Below, in pieces: positions 50,114-59,605 of a stretch of 64,000 nt of DNA; the stretch's first letter is position 1; each line of letters begins with the position of its first letter. The notes under the pieces were generated by a model. The model was not told the origin of the DNA and made no database searches. It was given only the letters and a program-made list of their open reading frames with translations. This DNA is from Bacteroidales bacterium (GTDB lineage: Bacteria; Bacteroidota; Bacteroidia; Bacteroidales; VadinHA17), in contig DATKUO010000238.1 of assembly GCA_035530515.1 (NCBI GenBank), positions 23,989 to 87,988 on the forward strand. The letters run 5' to 3'. Position numbers and translations under genes: made by a program.

Positions 50114-50383
50114 TTAAAGACCTTTGTTAAGTGCTGGAGCTGCTTTGAATTTAACAACTTTTTTAGCAGGAACGTTCAGTTTTTCACCCGTACGAGGATT
50201 CCGAACTACTCTTGCACTTCTTTGGTCAACTTTGAAAGTACCCATTCCAGGAAGTTGAATTCTGCTACCTTTTTTCATAGCTGAACCGAAAGCTCCAACA
50301 AAAGAGTTTAAAGCTTTACCTGCATCCTTAATTGAAAGACCTGCATCAGCAGCAATTGCGTTAACTAATTCTTTTTTTGTCAT
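50114..50383 (-). CDS. hup: HU-family DNA-binding protein
   Basis: From the ATG at 50383: MTKKELVNAIAADAGLSIKDAGKALNSF...RNPRTGEKLNVPAKKVVKFKA. The ORF-track start at 50455 adds 24 non-HU residues. Confidence 0.85.
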   Translation of the reverse strand: MTKKELVNAIAADAGLSIKDAGKALNSFVGAFGSAMKKGSRIQLPGMGTFKVDQRSARVVRNPRTGEKLNVPAKKVVKFKAAPALNKGL

Positions 50384-50425
50384 AATGAAAGATTTTAATG
50401 TTACACCAATCTTACTAATTGAATA

Positions 50426-50433
50426 CAAATATA
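50426..50433 (-). promoter_or_regulatory. Bacteroidota -7 promoter box TAnnTTTG (TATATTTG on the minus strand) upstream of HU
   Basis: The + strand reads caaatata. It lies 43-50 nt upstream of the ATG at 50383. Confidence 0.4.
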
Positions 50434-50684
50434 TTTTTTTTAAATTCATATGCAAATTTTTTTTACCTATTTTCCACAGATAGTGCCACTTTTAGGTTAA
50501 AACTGCCATATTTTTGGATTAATATCCGAATTTGATCATAATATCGCTATTGCTCACTACTCTTTAACTTCAGTGATTATTTCAATCAAATTTGTTCAAA
50601 TCCTGTTGATAAAAACTATATATTATTGAATATCTGATATTTAATCAATTTTGCAAAAATAATTCTCAAAAAACAAAAAAATAT

Positions 50685-50692
50685 TATCTTTG
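50685..50692 (+). promoter_or_regulatory. Bacteroidota -7 promoter box TAnnTTTG (tatctttg) for tRNA-Ser
   Basis: Exact consensus match ending 5 nt before the mature tRNA 5' end. Confidence 0.5.
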
Positions 50693-50696
50693 CGGC

Positions 50697-50786
50697 GGAG
50701 AAATGGCAGAGTGGTCGAATGCGGCGGTCTTGAAAACCGTTGTACGTTCACACGTACCGGGGGTTCGAATCCCTCTTTCTCCGCCA
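50697..50786 (+). tRNA. tRNA-Ser (anticodon UGA), CCA encoded
   Basis: Manually folded. Acceptor stem ggagaaa/tttctcc, anticodon stem gcggt/accgt with loop cuUGAaa. There is a long variable arm (tgtacgttcacacgtacc), T-arm ggggg-ttcgaat-ccctc, and discriminator g followed by cca. Confidence 0.9.
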
Positions 50787-50791
50787 AATGA

Positions 50792-50824
50792 AAAACTCCC
50801 CACGCAAGTGGGGAGTTTTGTTTT
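50792..50824 (+). terminator. rho-independent terminator after tRNA-Ser
   Basis: aaaactcccca-cgcaa-gtggggagtttt followed by gtttt. Confidence 0.65.
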
Positions 50825-50930
50825 CAGACAGCCAAGCCAGGCTTGCCTGAGCGAAGGATGGATGAAAACAAAAATCTGAATGAGCAAAGCGAATGCGAGT
50901 TTTTCATTTGAAGCACTCCCCTAAGCAGTA

Positions 50931-51137
50931 TTAAGCAAAAAAAGGCAATAAAAACCGGTTCCCAGGTGTATATAGATTTTTAAAATCAGAAAAATGATTA
51001 AAGAAATTAATAAATCCTTCTTTGTTAAATGCAATTGGAAGAGATCTAGTTTCAGATAAACAAATAACTATTGTTATCACAGAAAATAGTGAAAATATTA
51101 TTACAATTCCAGTCAATATATGTCGGACTATCTTCAT
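50931..51137 (-). CDS. possible small membrane protein (68 aa)
   Basis: One clear TM helix (ILTGIVIIFSLFSVITIVICL). There is no other support. Confidence 0.25.
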   Translation of the reverse strand: MKIVRHILTGIVIIFSLFSVITIVICLSETRSLPIAFNKEGFINFFNHFSDFKNLYTPGNRFLLPFFA

Positions 51138-51501
51138 AAAATGTTGTTTATTTAATTATATGGACATTAAAGGTAACAATAATTGACTTGCCATGGTGGA
51201 AAATCCGGTGACCTTGACCACCTTACTCCGGAAAACATTGACCACTGAAACCCGGAGATAAAACCTTGATATATAAATAAATATAATTAAGACAATCTTA
51301 CCGGCTGAATGTGGTCAATAGAACTGTCTTTTACACTAATTCCATTTCACAGGTCCCCGGTGAGGGGATTTGGATGAATGGGTTATTAATATTTAAGTTT
51401 GGAGAAATAGGGAGGAGAAAATTTACTAATTTTAAATAAAAAATTAAGTCCTGTCCTGACGAGTTTGTGCATTTTTATAAATTCCATAAAAACATATTAA
51501 A

Positions 51502-52605
51502 ATGAAAAACAAGATTCTCGGATCAATGGAAGGTTCGCCCCTGGTAAAAATCGCTGCATTAATAATCATTTTTGCAGGAGTGATTTATGCAAAAGCAATT
51601 GTCACTCCCTTTTTACTCGCACTTTTCATAAGTATCATTTGTGCGCAACCCATTACATGGCTTGAAAAAAAGAGAACCCCCAGATGGCTTGCACTTATCA
51701 TCGTAATATTTGGATTAATTGTACTTTTTTCAGGATTAACGTACCTTCTCGGAGGAACATTATCATCCTTTTCAGGGAATCTTTCACAATATGAAGCTAC
51801 CCTTACATCGATCAGCAGCTCATATATTCAGTTTTTAAATGAGAAAGGGTTAAATATCCCCAAAGATCAGTTTCTTACTCTTATCCAGCCGGCCAAGATC
51901 CTTGAATTTACTGCTAGCGCTTTGAATACAGTGTTTAATATGGTGGGGACTTCCTTCCTTATCTTCCTTATCATTTTATTTATTCTTCTGGAATTCGGAA
52001 GCTTTTCTGTTAAAGCTAAAGCAATTCAGATTGAATCGCATAAATCCATTTCTTATTATTCTACCATTCTACAGAATATCCGTCACTACCTTGGAATAAA
52101 AACCCTGTTATGTTTATCAGTAGGAATTCTTACCTATTTGGCATTATTGATCATTGGGGTCGATTATCCTCTCCTGTGGGCATTGATTGCAGCTCTGATG
52201 AATTATATGCCGAATATCGGATCCATCATCTCCACGATCCCGACAGTTCTCTTTGCCCTTATACAACTCGGATTAGGTGGTGCACTCTGGACCCTGGTAG
52301 CGACTATGGTTATCCACAATGTTTTTGGAAATTTAATTGAACCCAAGGTCATGGGTAAAGGTTTAGGCCTGTCAACCCTGGTTGTATTCCTGTCTCTTGT
52401 GTTCTGGGGATTTACACTGGGAATGGTGGGTATGTTCCTGTCAGCTCCCTTAACTATGACCATTAAGATCATCCTGGAACAGAAAGAGAAAACACGATGG
52501 CTGGCAATACTTTTGGGAACGCCTGCTGATGCTAAAATCTATCTTCGGCAAAAAAAATTGACTGAAAAACAGCAACATAAGGAATCGGAATCGAAGGATA
52601 AGTGA
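51502..52605 (+). CDS. AI-2E family transporter (PerM-like permease)
   Basis: Polytopic protein of about 8 TM helices, with motifs ...NYMPNIGSIISTIP... and ...EPKVMGKGLGLSTLVVFLSL.FWG...G.FLSAPLT. Confidence 0.8.
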   Translation: MKNKILGSMEGSPLVKIAALIIIFAGVIYAKAIVTPFLLALFISIICAQPITWLEKKRTPRWLALIIVIFGLIVLFSGLTYLLGGTLSSFSGNLSQYEATLTSISSSYIQFLNEKGLNIPKDQFLTLIQPAKILEFTASALNTVFNMVGTSFLIFLIILFILLEFGSFSVKAKAIQIESHKSISYYSTILQNIRHYLGIKTLLCLSVGILTYLALLIIGVDYPLLWALIAALMNYMPNIGSIISTIPTVLFALIQLGLGGALWTLVATMVIHNVFGNLIEPKVMGKGLGLSTLVVFLSLVFWGFTLGMVGMFLSAPLTMTIKIILEQKEKTRWLAILLGTPADAKIYLRQKKLTEKQQHKESESKDK

Positions 52606-53545
52606 AAATGTAAATAAGCTGTTCGGCTCGTCTATTTTTTGTATAATATAATCTGTACTCATGATAATCGAAATTTATGGATATTTATATATTACCACCA
52701 GCCACAAAATTAGTCTACACCCAGCAGTCACTCCAGGTTTTACTACCATAATCCTTTCCGCAACTATTTATAACCGTGCAAGTTTGGAATAGCTTATTTC
52801 ATTGATTTTCAATTAAAGAGCGAGTTCATTACCGTGCTAAAAGGTTGACTATTTATTAATATGTAGAAATCAATTGGACCATTCTGTTCACTTCAATTTT
52901 AGTCAGTTGTTCTCAAGTAAGAAGAGAAAAGGACAGAGGTAGCGACAACTTTCTTGCTTGGATTAAACACTTAGATTATTCACTTGTGATAGTTATAGAT
53001 AGGACACAATGGATTCAAAAAGACAGGCTTTAACAGGTGAAGAGACTTTTATGGTCCTCCACTCCTATTTTAGACTAAAATTAGCAATGCTTCTTTTCAT
53101 TGGATTCTTTCTGAAATGCACATTCCACAGTCGGATTTCTTCGAAATAATCCTTATATCTAAGTAGTTTTTGCTTTAAGGAGTATTTCAGTGATAATATA
53201 TAGATTGAAACATTGTTTTACGCTGTGAACAGAAATCTTATAGCCTATTTCACTATATTATATAAGACATAATATATAGGGATTTATGTACATAATTGAA
53301 GTGATAAGTATTTGAATACATAGTGATATTCATGAGTTTAATGGAGAGTGATATCACATTTGAATTTATGTTTAATTCTAAGATTCATGCTAGAGAAATA
53401 ATATTTAGCAATGGCTGGAATATTAAGATGGATAGAGGTTTAGATTATTTTCAATCCTTAGCAGGTAATTATTTCCAGATTGGAGTCGATGATCTTAAGT
53501 TGAGACCCTGTTTAGAAACTAATTTTGATTTTTATAAAAAATAGT

Positions 53546-56500
53546 CTAATGGTTTTTCTTTTCAAAAACAATATTATAGAGTATTCCTTCTCGTTGACTT
53601 GTATTGAACAATCTAAGATCTTCAGTAGAATCGACATCTTCCTGACTTATTATACCTTCGCTACTATCGAGCTTCCAACCATTCTTAATCCCTCCGTTCG
53701 GTCTGATAATAAGTTCAAAATTGTCCGACATTATTACTAATTCTCTCCAATGTGGAAGGAATCCTCCCTCATGAATAATAGGAACAGTACTTAAAATTGA
53801 TGTACTGGAGTCTTTTAAGAACAATTTACGTGAACCAGAGTCAATCCAATCCTTATCAATGTCATCAACATAAGCGTACCGATAGTTATTAAAGCTGGAC
53901 ATGTTGAAATTAAGTGTTTGAATATCCATATTGAGATTTTCAGAGATAGATTTTATCAGATTCAAGAGAATAAGGCAACCCAGAGCATCTTTAAGGTAAA
54001 TATCCTGGTATGTAATTTTTACTTTGCTGTTTTTAATCTTTGGAATTAATTTATCCCACATAGCTGAATCCGTTCTATAAAGAGTGTCCCAAAACTTAAC
54101 AAGTGTTGTATTCCTTTCTTTTATCTTGAATTCAAAAAGAATCTTATTCTTAGTCATTAAACTTCCCAGGTCAATATCCCAAGGTGTAAATTGCAATTGA
54201 GAAGAAAAGCGGCTTTTATAAATAGGGCTTCCACTTAAGCCCCAGTTTTCTGAGAATTCCGTGCATTCATTTTCTGAAAAATATAGAATCGATTCTTTAT
54301 TTGCATATTCTACAAGCATCAAAGAATTCAATCCCTTAGGAATAATAGAACTTATTATCTTAAACTGATATTGGCCTTTTGCCTCCATTGCTGATGCCAA
54401 TTCCCTTGCTGAAAGATCCGAGACGTCTGGTGAATTCATAGCAAAATTCACTTGTTTCCCCTGAAGTTTTAACCGATTTACAATTTCAGATAGTTTCCAG
54501 TTTTCCTGTTTCCACTCATTAATTTTATTTGAAATAAAAAAGGTTAATCTTTGTAATTCAGGATTTGCCACAACCTGAGTAATTTCGGTAAGCAGATTTG
54601 AAGTAACTCTATATGCACCGGGGAAGGATGAAGAGATTGACTCAGGCACTTCTACACGGCCTTCTTTTTCAAGTTGAAGCCACTCTATAGCTTTATTTCT
54701 ATCCAAATTATTTAAAAACCATTGTGAATCTCTGTCAATCAGGCATTTTGTACATGCTTTTTCACAAGTACAATCTAATGCTTGATATGATGAGTCTAAA
54801 ATTTCTGAAGCATAGTCAACAAAAAGGGATGAATACCCTGCACCACCTTTAGCTGTATCGTAAATAAAGACTGATGAATAGGTTGGATATTTCTTCACCC
54901 CAAAACCAATTTCCTGATTATTAATCCCAAGATACTCAGATAGCTTTCGAGATAAAATAACCCCTAAACTCCAAATGGTCTCAGGGTCGTTTATTAAATT
55001 ATTATTATTATTTCTGAACCTTAGTTCGATAAAATCAGTTTGCAACCTCCCTCCTAATAGTACATTTCTTTTAATGGCAACACCCAGGTTTTCATTGCCT
55101 GAACAAGTTCTGTTGCCTTCGCTTGCTCCTCCATTCAGTCTTTGATGGTTTTCAAGTGGATTGGGTGATCCTTCCGCACTTCCCCTTTCGAGTGAAGCTC
55201 TGCCACAATGTATACAAATTGCGTATCCAAATCCTTTTCCTTTATTATAATACAGAATTTCAGATTCATCACCACCATTACGAATCTCAATTATTGGATG
55301 CGTTCCTTCGGTATCTGAATCCCAAGGAAGCATATTTAATAAGATTGGCTCCACGAAACTTTGTGGGCCATTATTTGCTTTAATGTTTCTGGTAGGTTCA
55401 CTGAAATAGTCAACTGAAAACCCGGCGGGTTCAATCACTTCAGTAAAAGTATCACCAATAGATTGAATGCCATTCATTCCCTTATGATGACAATTAGGAC
55501 ATTCAGAATGAATACCAAAACCTAACCTAGTGAATCCACAATTTCTGCAGCTTTGTAAGATAGCCCTTCTAGAATCATTCCATTGAGATTTCATTACAAT
55601 GCCTGCGGAATCATAGCACTTTTCATTTAGTACCACCTGATTCCCAGGGGCGTATTCTGCTAATGCTCGTGTAATATTAAGTGAAGGGTTACTTTTATAT
55701 AAATTATTCTCATTCCCTTCATCAATATGATTATCAAAAACTTTAATATTAAAATCCACTATTCCGGTTGGGATTCCTGCACTTGGGATAAAGTCATTTT
55801 CTGCAAAAAAACCAAGAAGATTTTGTCCTAATAATTGTTTCCTCTGATACTTGATCGCTTTTATTTCAGGAGAGGTTTCAGAAAATCCATTCATCGCCAA
55901 TAGTCTTTCTTCAGACTCATCCAACATCATTTTCCTTGAGTTTAACCTGTTAAAAATATCCTCCAACGATGTAAGGCAAGATTTTATTGATTGCTCCAAA
56001 GTTGTCGATTCTTTAATAGTATTCTTTACAATTTTTTTATACCTATTTCGAATCTCGGAATTATCAACTGCCAAAAATTCCATCAGATATTGATGAAATA
56101 ATTCATATCTAAAAATGTTATTCTCATCCTGGTCGAAAAAGAAATTTTCAAGATTTGACTTGACATTTGCGCCCTCTATTACAGAAATATATGTTCCTAA
56201 TAAAAAAGAATTAATATGCCTTTGAATCAAAATACTACTTTCCAATTTTACAATTGGCATTGCAGTGACATGAGTCATCGCCCATTTTGGATCATTTATT
56301 ACATTAGTACCAATTGGATTTGGAGAACAAAATGTTACAGCCATTGCCTTAGATTCTGCACGCCTTCCAGCACGTCCAGCTCTTTGCAGGTAATTTGCAG
56401 GTTTAGGAGGAACATTATTCATTACTACTTCCGAAATACCTCCAATATCGACCCCCATTTCCATAGTAGTAGAGCATGATAAGATATTTATTTTGCCAAA

Positions 56501-59500
56501 ATTAAATTGCTCTTCAATTTCCTTCAAGCGACTCTTATTCTGCTGTGCGGAGTGCTCAGCGGCTAAGAAAATAGGATAGTTCAATAATATCCTTTCATTT
56601 AGGTTTGACCATAATCCAATTTCTTTTTGCCTAACTAGATTATCATCTTTCCATTTAAGGATTTCTTCATCTGAAGTGGGAATAAGATTCCTTTCCACAT
56701 CAAATTTTTGCTTATAAGCATAAGGGAAATACGGATAAGATATTTCCTCTTTAACTTTAAACCTTTCAAAATTATCTTTATTAATATTACCTTTCAAGGA
56801 CGGACTAAAACCTCTGAAGACAGTATCCATTGGGACATAAGTAACAGGGCATAGCCAGGCCTTTTCAAGCAGTTCTAGTTTCACTTTTCCGTTTTCGAAC
56901 AAGTTCAACTTATAACCTTTGTATTCTGCATTTTGATCGTTAGTTAAAGATAAAATATGAGAGGTTAAATATCTCCAGGCGCTATTTAGGATAGAATTTA
57001 TAATATCGACATTTGTATTATCAATCATTGAAATATCGGTAATATTCATTGCCGCGCAAAGAAGTAAAATTAATCGGCTTTGTCTTTCTTCTTGGACATT
57101 AAATGAAGGCCAATGCTTTACCCTATTGCCAGATCTTTCATTCGTTAAATAGCAATCTGATGCATATACATGACTGGAAAAATAGTCCTGAGTAATAAAT
57201 GGTCTAAGTTCGCTTTGGATTATGATGTGTGTATTTTCCCGCACGAAGAAATCAAGACAAATTTTTAGAAAGTCTCTCCAATCGTTAGAGCTCCATCCTA
57301 ATTTTTCAAATGACGAAGGTCTTTCACATTTTTGTAATTCCGGATAGACTATTTTAATGAATCCCATTGTTTCTGGTGAATTACCTTTTCGAGGTCTCCT
57401 CCCAAATTGATCAACAAGAAGTGCTTTTAAATAATTTTGTTTTCCTAAACCATGACTGGAAATATGGCGATATAAACTAGACAAATTCGCATTGTTATCA
57501 AGGTATTCACATAATTCACTGAGACTTATGTTTGGATTAAGGATAATTTGAGTACCAGATTTTATATTTTCAAGTTCATGCAAGCGCTTTAAGATCACTT
57601 CTATCCCGCTACTCCTTAATGGTAAAAGCTGATCATACTCTTGTTGTTCCAAAGTATCTAATTCGCGATGAAGAGTAGCTCCCTCCCTTTTTTTCCCTGC
57701 CAGGTAATGAAAGACAGCGGTTCTCATCCAATTGCGCTCAACTTCAGTATTTTGGGCCAAAGCAGATTTTGCTGTTCCTTGCCTATTATCAGTGAAGGTT
57801 ATATATTTTCTTCCATCCCATAAACTTCCTGTATTTTTGTCTGGCATAGAATCTGCCTGCTCAAGCAAAGTAGATGATAATACACGACTTAAAAACACAG
57901 TGCTGGTTCGCAAATACTTTATTTTATCAGTTCGGTTGCCACAGTGCGGGCATAAAATATTCCCACTTGTTGAATGCTGACATTCTGTAAATTCTCCATC
58001 GTGGATTATTGTTACATCATCTATATTTATACCACAAGATATAAGATTAGCTGAGTTTGAAGGAGCTGATGTTACACCTTTCGCAAGTATAATTTTAGAC
58101 CAGCTCAGGTTTTCCGTCTCATTTTGTTCTTCATTTTCTAAATCATCCTCTATAGCCAAATCAAAAAGATCTTCTTCGGTTTTTGATGGAAGTCTAAACC
58201 TTGCAGGATAAATTTCTTGCTCTCTCTCAGCAACCAATAAATGATTCCCACATAAATTACAGGATGTTAATTCTAATAGAGGGGCACCGCATTCACACAC
58301 GGTTTTCATATACGTTGTCATTGATCCAATCGCCGGGCGGTCTTCAATATGCCGTTCACAAAGAGGATTTGTACAAACGAATATTCCACCTATACTACGA
58401 ATAAAAAAATGGGCTCTAGTTGGTAATAATGCATCACTTTTGCCAGAATTTATTAAATCAGTAATTTTAATTCCTAATGAATCAATTATTTCAAGACTTT
58501 CTTCAATTGTAGCGTCAGGCTTATATCTTCTGCCAATTTCTCTGGCTGATAAAGCTGAACCCTGATTCATATCGAGTCGTAGTTTGTCAGTAATAGGGTT
58601 CGTTCTCGAAGTGTCCTTAATTTTTGGAAGCACTTGTTTTCCATTAATTACCGCAATTTCATCTAATGATTTGCCCGTAAGTTGAGCAATAAACTTTTTC
58701 AACTGGCTCTCATTATCCGAACCAATAGTGGCTGAAGTTGATGCAAATCGAACTTGGTTAACTGTCACACCGAACGCATCAAGAATCCTTCGAATCTGCA
58801 TAGAAAGTTCAGCAGCTGCAGATCCTGAGTAGGTATGTGTTTCATCCAATAATATCCAACGTAATTTACCCTGAGATTGCTTCAAAATTTCCTGATCCTT
58901 TTTTCTTACCAACATATACTCTAACATAGTTGGATTTGTAAAAAGTATTTGAGGTGTGGTTTCTCTAATAGCCTTTCTTGTAATTAATTCGGGATACGCT
59001 TCTTTTTGTTTTTGCTTTGCAATATTTTCTTCTTCAGTATTTCCATTATAAATAGCAAATGTAACTTGAGGGGATACAGCCTCACACCATGCTTTCATTC
59101 TTTTCTGCTGGCTGTTCATTAATGCATTAAGTGGGTATAGAAATATCGCTTGTACACCAGTAGTATGTCCTTCAATCTTTTGTCTAAGTAAATCTTGAAT
59201 TACAGGTATCATGAAACACTCTGTTTTTCCTGAGCCTGTGCCACTGGTAACAGCAATTGATTTTTTATTTATTAGTAATTCTTTCCAACTTTCAACTTGA
59301 TGCAGATAGGGAGCTCTCTCCTTTGGAAAGCGAAAGTCTGGATCCTTTATCTTATCTAATGACTTTATAAAATTCTCATCAAAAATATCACTAAGCTGCT
59401 CAAAAGACTTTGAAGATGCCATCCAAGGAAATGTAGCCTGAAAAACCGGTTCCGCTAATAATGGTTCCTCTTCAAGTAATTTTCTAAAATATTTCTGGTT

Positions 59501-59584
59501 GCTTTCCTGGCCCGAAGCCCACATTGAAAGAAGCGTTTCGGATAGTCGTCGCTGCGAATTTTTATAAAATTCCAAGTAATTCAT
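53546..59584 (-). CDS. giant SF2 DExH helicase with internal Zn-ribbons and a DUF1998-type (MrfA-like) Cys cluster; DruE-like candidate defence helicase
   Basis: 2012 aa. Motif I SGTGSGKT is at aa114-121 (nt 59222-59245) and motif II DETH at aa247-250 (nt 58835-58846). Motif III SAT is at aa284-286 and a motif-IV-like YITFTDNRQGTA at aa594-605. Motif V TTMEMGVDIGG is at aa1039-1049 and motif VI QRAGRAGRR at aa1067-1075 (nt 56360-56386). Cys pairs CTNPLC/CEC/CNLC/CPHC lie at aa404-548 and CRNC...CPNC at aa1346-1365. CIHC is at aa1457-1460, and the DUF1998-type cluster CTCEKACTKC at aa1605-1614 (nt 54743-54772). The C-terminal ~370 aa carry no recognisable motif. Confidence 0.75.
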   Translation of the reverse strand: MNYLEFYKNSQRRLSETLLSMWASGQESNQKYFRKLLEEEPLLAEPVFQATFPWMASSKSFEQLSDIFDENFIKSLDKIKDPDFRFPKERAPYLHQVESWKELLINKKSIAVTSGTGSGKTECFMIPVIQDLLRQKIEGHTTGVQAIFLYPLNALMNSQQKRMKAWCEAVSPQVTFAIYNGNTEEENIAKQKQKEAYPELITRKAIRETTPQILFTNPTMLEYMLVRKKDQEILKQSQGKLRWILLDETHTYSGSAAAELSMQIRRILDAFGVTVNQVRFASTSATIGSDNESQLKKFIAQLTGKSLDEIAVINGKQVLPKIKDTSRTNPITDKLRLDMNQGSALSAREIGRRYKPDATIEESLEIIDSLGIKITDLINSGKSDALLPTRAHFFIRSIGGIFVCTNPLCERHIEDRPAIGSMTTYMKTVCECGAPLLELTSCNLCGNHLLVAEREQEIYPARFRLPSKTEEDLFDLAIEDDLENEEQNETENLSWSKIILAKGVTSAPSNSANLISCGINIDDVTIIHDGEFTECQHSTSGNILCPHCGNRTDKIKYLRTSTVFLSRVLSSTLLEQADSMPDKNTGSLWDGRKYITFTDNRQGTAKSALAQNTEVERNWMRTAVFHYLAGKKREGATLHRELDTLEQQEYDQLLPLRSSGIEVILKRLHELENIKSGTQIILNPNISLSELCEYLDNNANLSSLYRHISSHGLGKQNYLKALLVDQFGRRPRKGNSPETMGFIKIVYPELQKCERPSSFEKLGWSSNDWRDFLKICLDFFVRENTHIIIQSELRPFITQDYFSSHVYASDCYLTNERSGNRVKHWPSFNVQEERQSRLILLLCAAMNITDISMIDNTNVDIINSILNSAWRYLTSHILSLTNDQNAEYKGYKLNLFENGKVKLELLEKAWLCPVTYVPMDTVFRGFSPSLKGNINKDNFERFKVKEEISYPYFPYAYKQKFDVERNLIPTSDEEILKWKDDNLVRQKEIGLWSNLNERILLNYPIFLAAEHSAQQNKSRLKEIEEQFNFGKINILSCSTTMEMGVDIGGISEVVMNNVPPKPANYLQRAGRAGRRAESKAMAVTFCSPNPIGTNVINDPKWAMTHVTAMPIVKLESSILIQRHINSFLLGTYISVIEGANVKSNLENFFFDQDENNIFRYELFHQYLMEFLAVDNSEIRNRYKKIVKNTIKESTTLEQSIKSCLTSLEDIFNRLNSRKMMLDESEERLLAMNGFSETSPEIKAIKYQRKQLLGQNLLGFFAENDFIPSAGIPTGIVDFNIKVFDNHIDEGNENNLYKSNPSLNITRALAEYAPGNQVVLNEKCYDSAGIVMKSQWNDSRRAILQSCRNCGFTRLGFGIHSECPNCHHKGMNGIQSIGDTFTEVIEPAGFSVDYFSEPTRNIKANNGPQSFVEPILLNMLPWDSDTEGTHPIIEIRNGGDESEILYYNKGKGFGYAICIHCGRASLERGSAEGSPNPLENHQRLNGGASEGNRTCSGNENLGVAIKRNVLLGGRLQTDFIELRFRNNNNNLINDPETIWSLGVILSRKLSEYLGINNQEIGFGVKKYPTYSSVFIYDTAKGGAGYSSLFVDYASEILDSSYQALDCTCEKACTKCLIDRDSQWFLNNLDRNKAIEWLQLEKEGRVEVPESISSSFPGAYRVTSNLLTEITQVVANPELQRLTFFISNKINEWKQENWKLSEIVNRLKLQGKQVNFAMNSPDVSDLSARELASAMEAKGQYQFKIISSIIPKGLNSLMLVEYANKESILYFSENECTEFSENWGLSGSPIYKSRFSSQLQFTPWDIDLGSLMTKNKILFEFKIKERNTTLVKFWDTLYRTDSAMWDKLIPKIKNSKVKITYQDIYLKDALGCLILLNLIKSISENLNMDIQTLNFNMSSFNNYRYAYVDDIDKDWIDSGSRKLFLKDSSTSILSTVPIIHEGGFLPHWRELVIMSDNFELIIRPNGGIKNGWKLDSSEGIISQEDVDSTEDLRLFNTSQREGILYNIVFEKKNH

Positions 59585-59605
59585 AAGTGGTGTTTATTAT
59601 AATAG

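Noticed and set aside
50684-50887. 67-aa minus-strand ORF
   Set aside because: It overlaps tRNA-Ser and its terminator, and the peptide is simply the translation of the tRNA's reverse complement.
53060-53180. Open stretch on the minus strand (...YSLKQKLLRYKDYFEEIRLWNVHFRKNPMK...) as a gene
   Set aside because: It is bounded by stops after ~40 codons with no upstream start. It is treated as a possible pseudogene fragment within the junction finding, not as a feature.
53323-53740. Small + strand ORFs 53323-53544 (73 aa) and 53525-53740 (71 aa)
   Set aside because: The second is antisense to the helicase 3' end. The first lies in decayed AT-rich DNA with no RBS or promoter context and no motif. 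At most it is worth a proteomics check.
53546-59584. Alternative assignments for the giant helicase: type I/III restriction helicase subunit, or DISARM DrmA/DrmB
   Set aside because: No methyltransferase, specificity subunit, PLD-domain or DUF1998-only partner gene lies next to it in the window. Helicase and DUF1998-type cluster are fused in one ~2000-aa protein preceded by a ~1000-aa orphan, which fits the DruH-DruE layout better. This is still unverified without profile searches.
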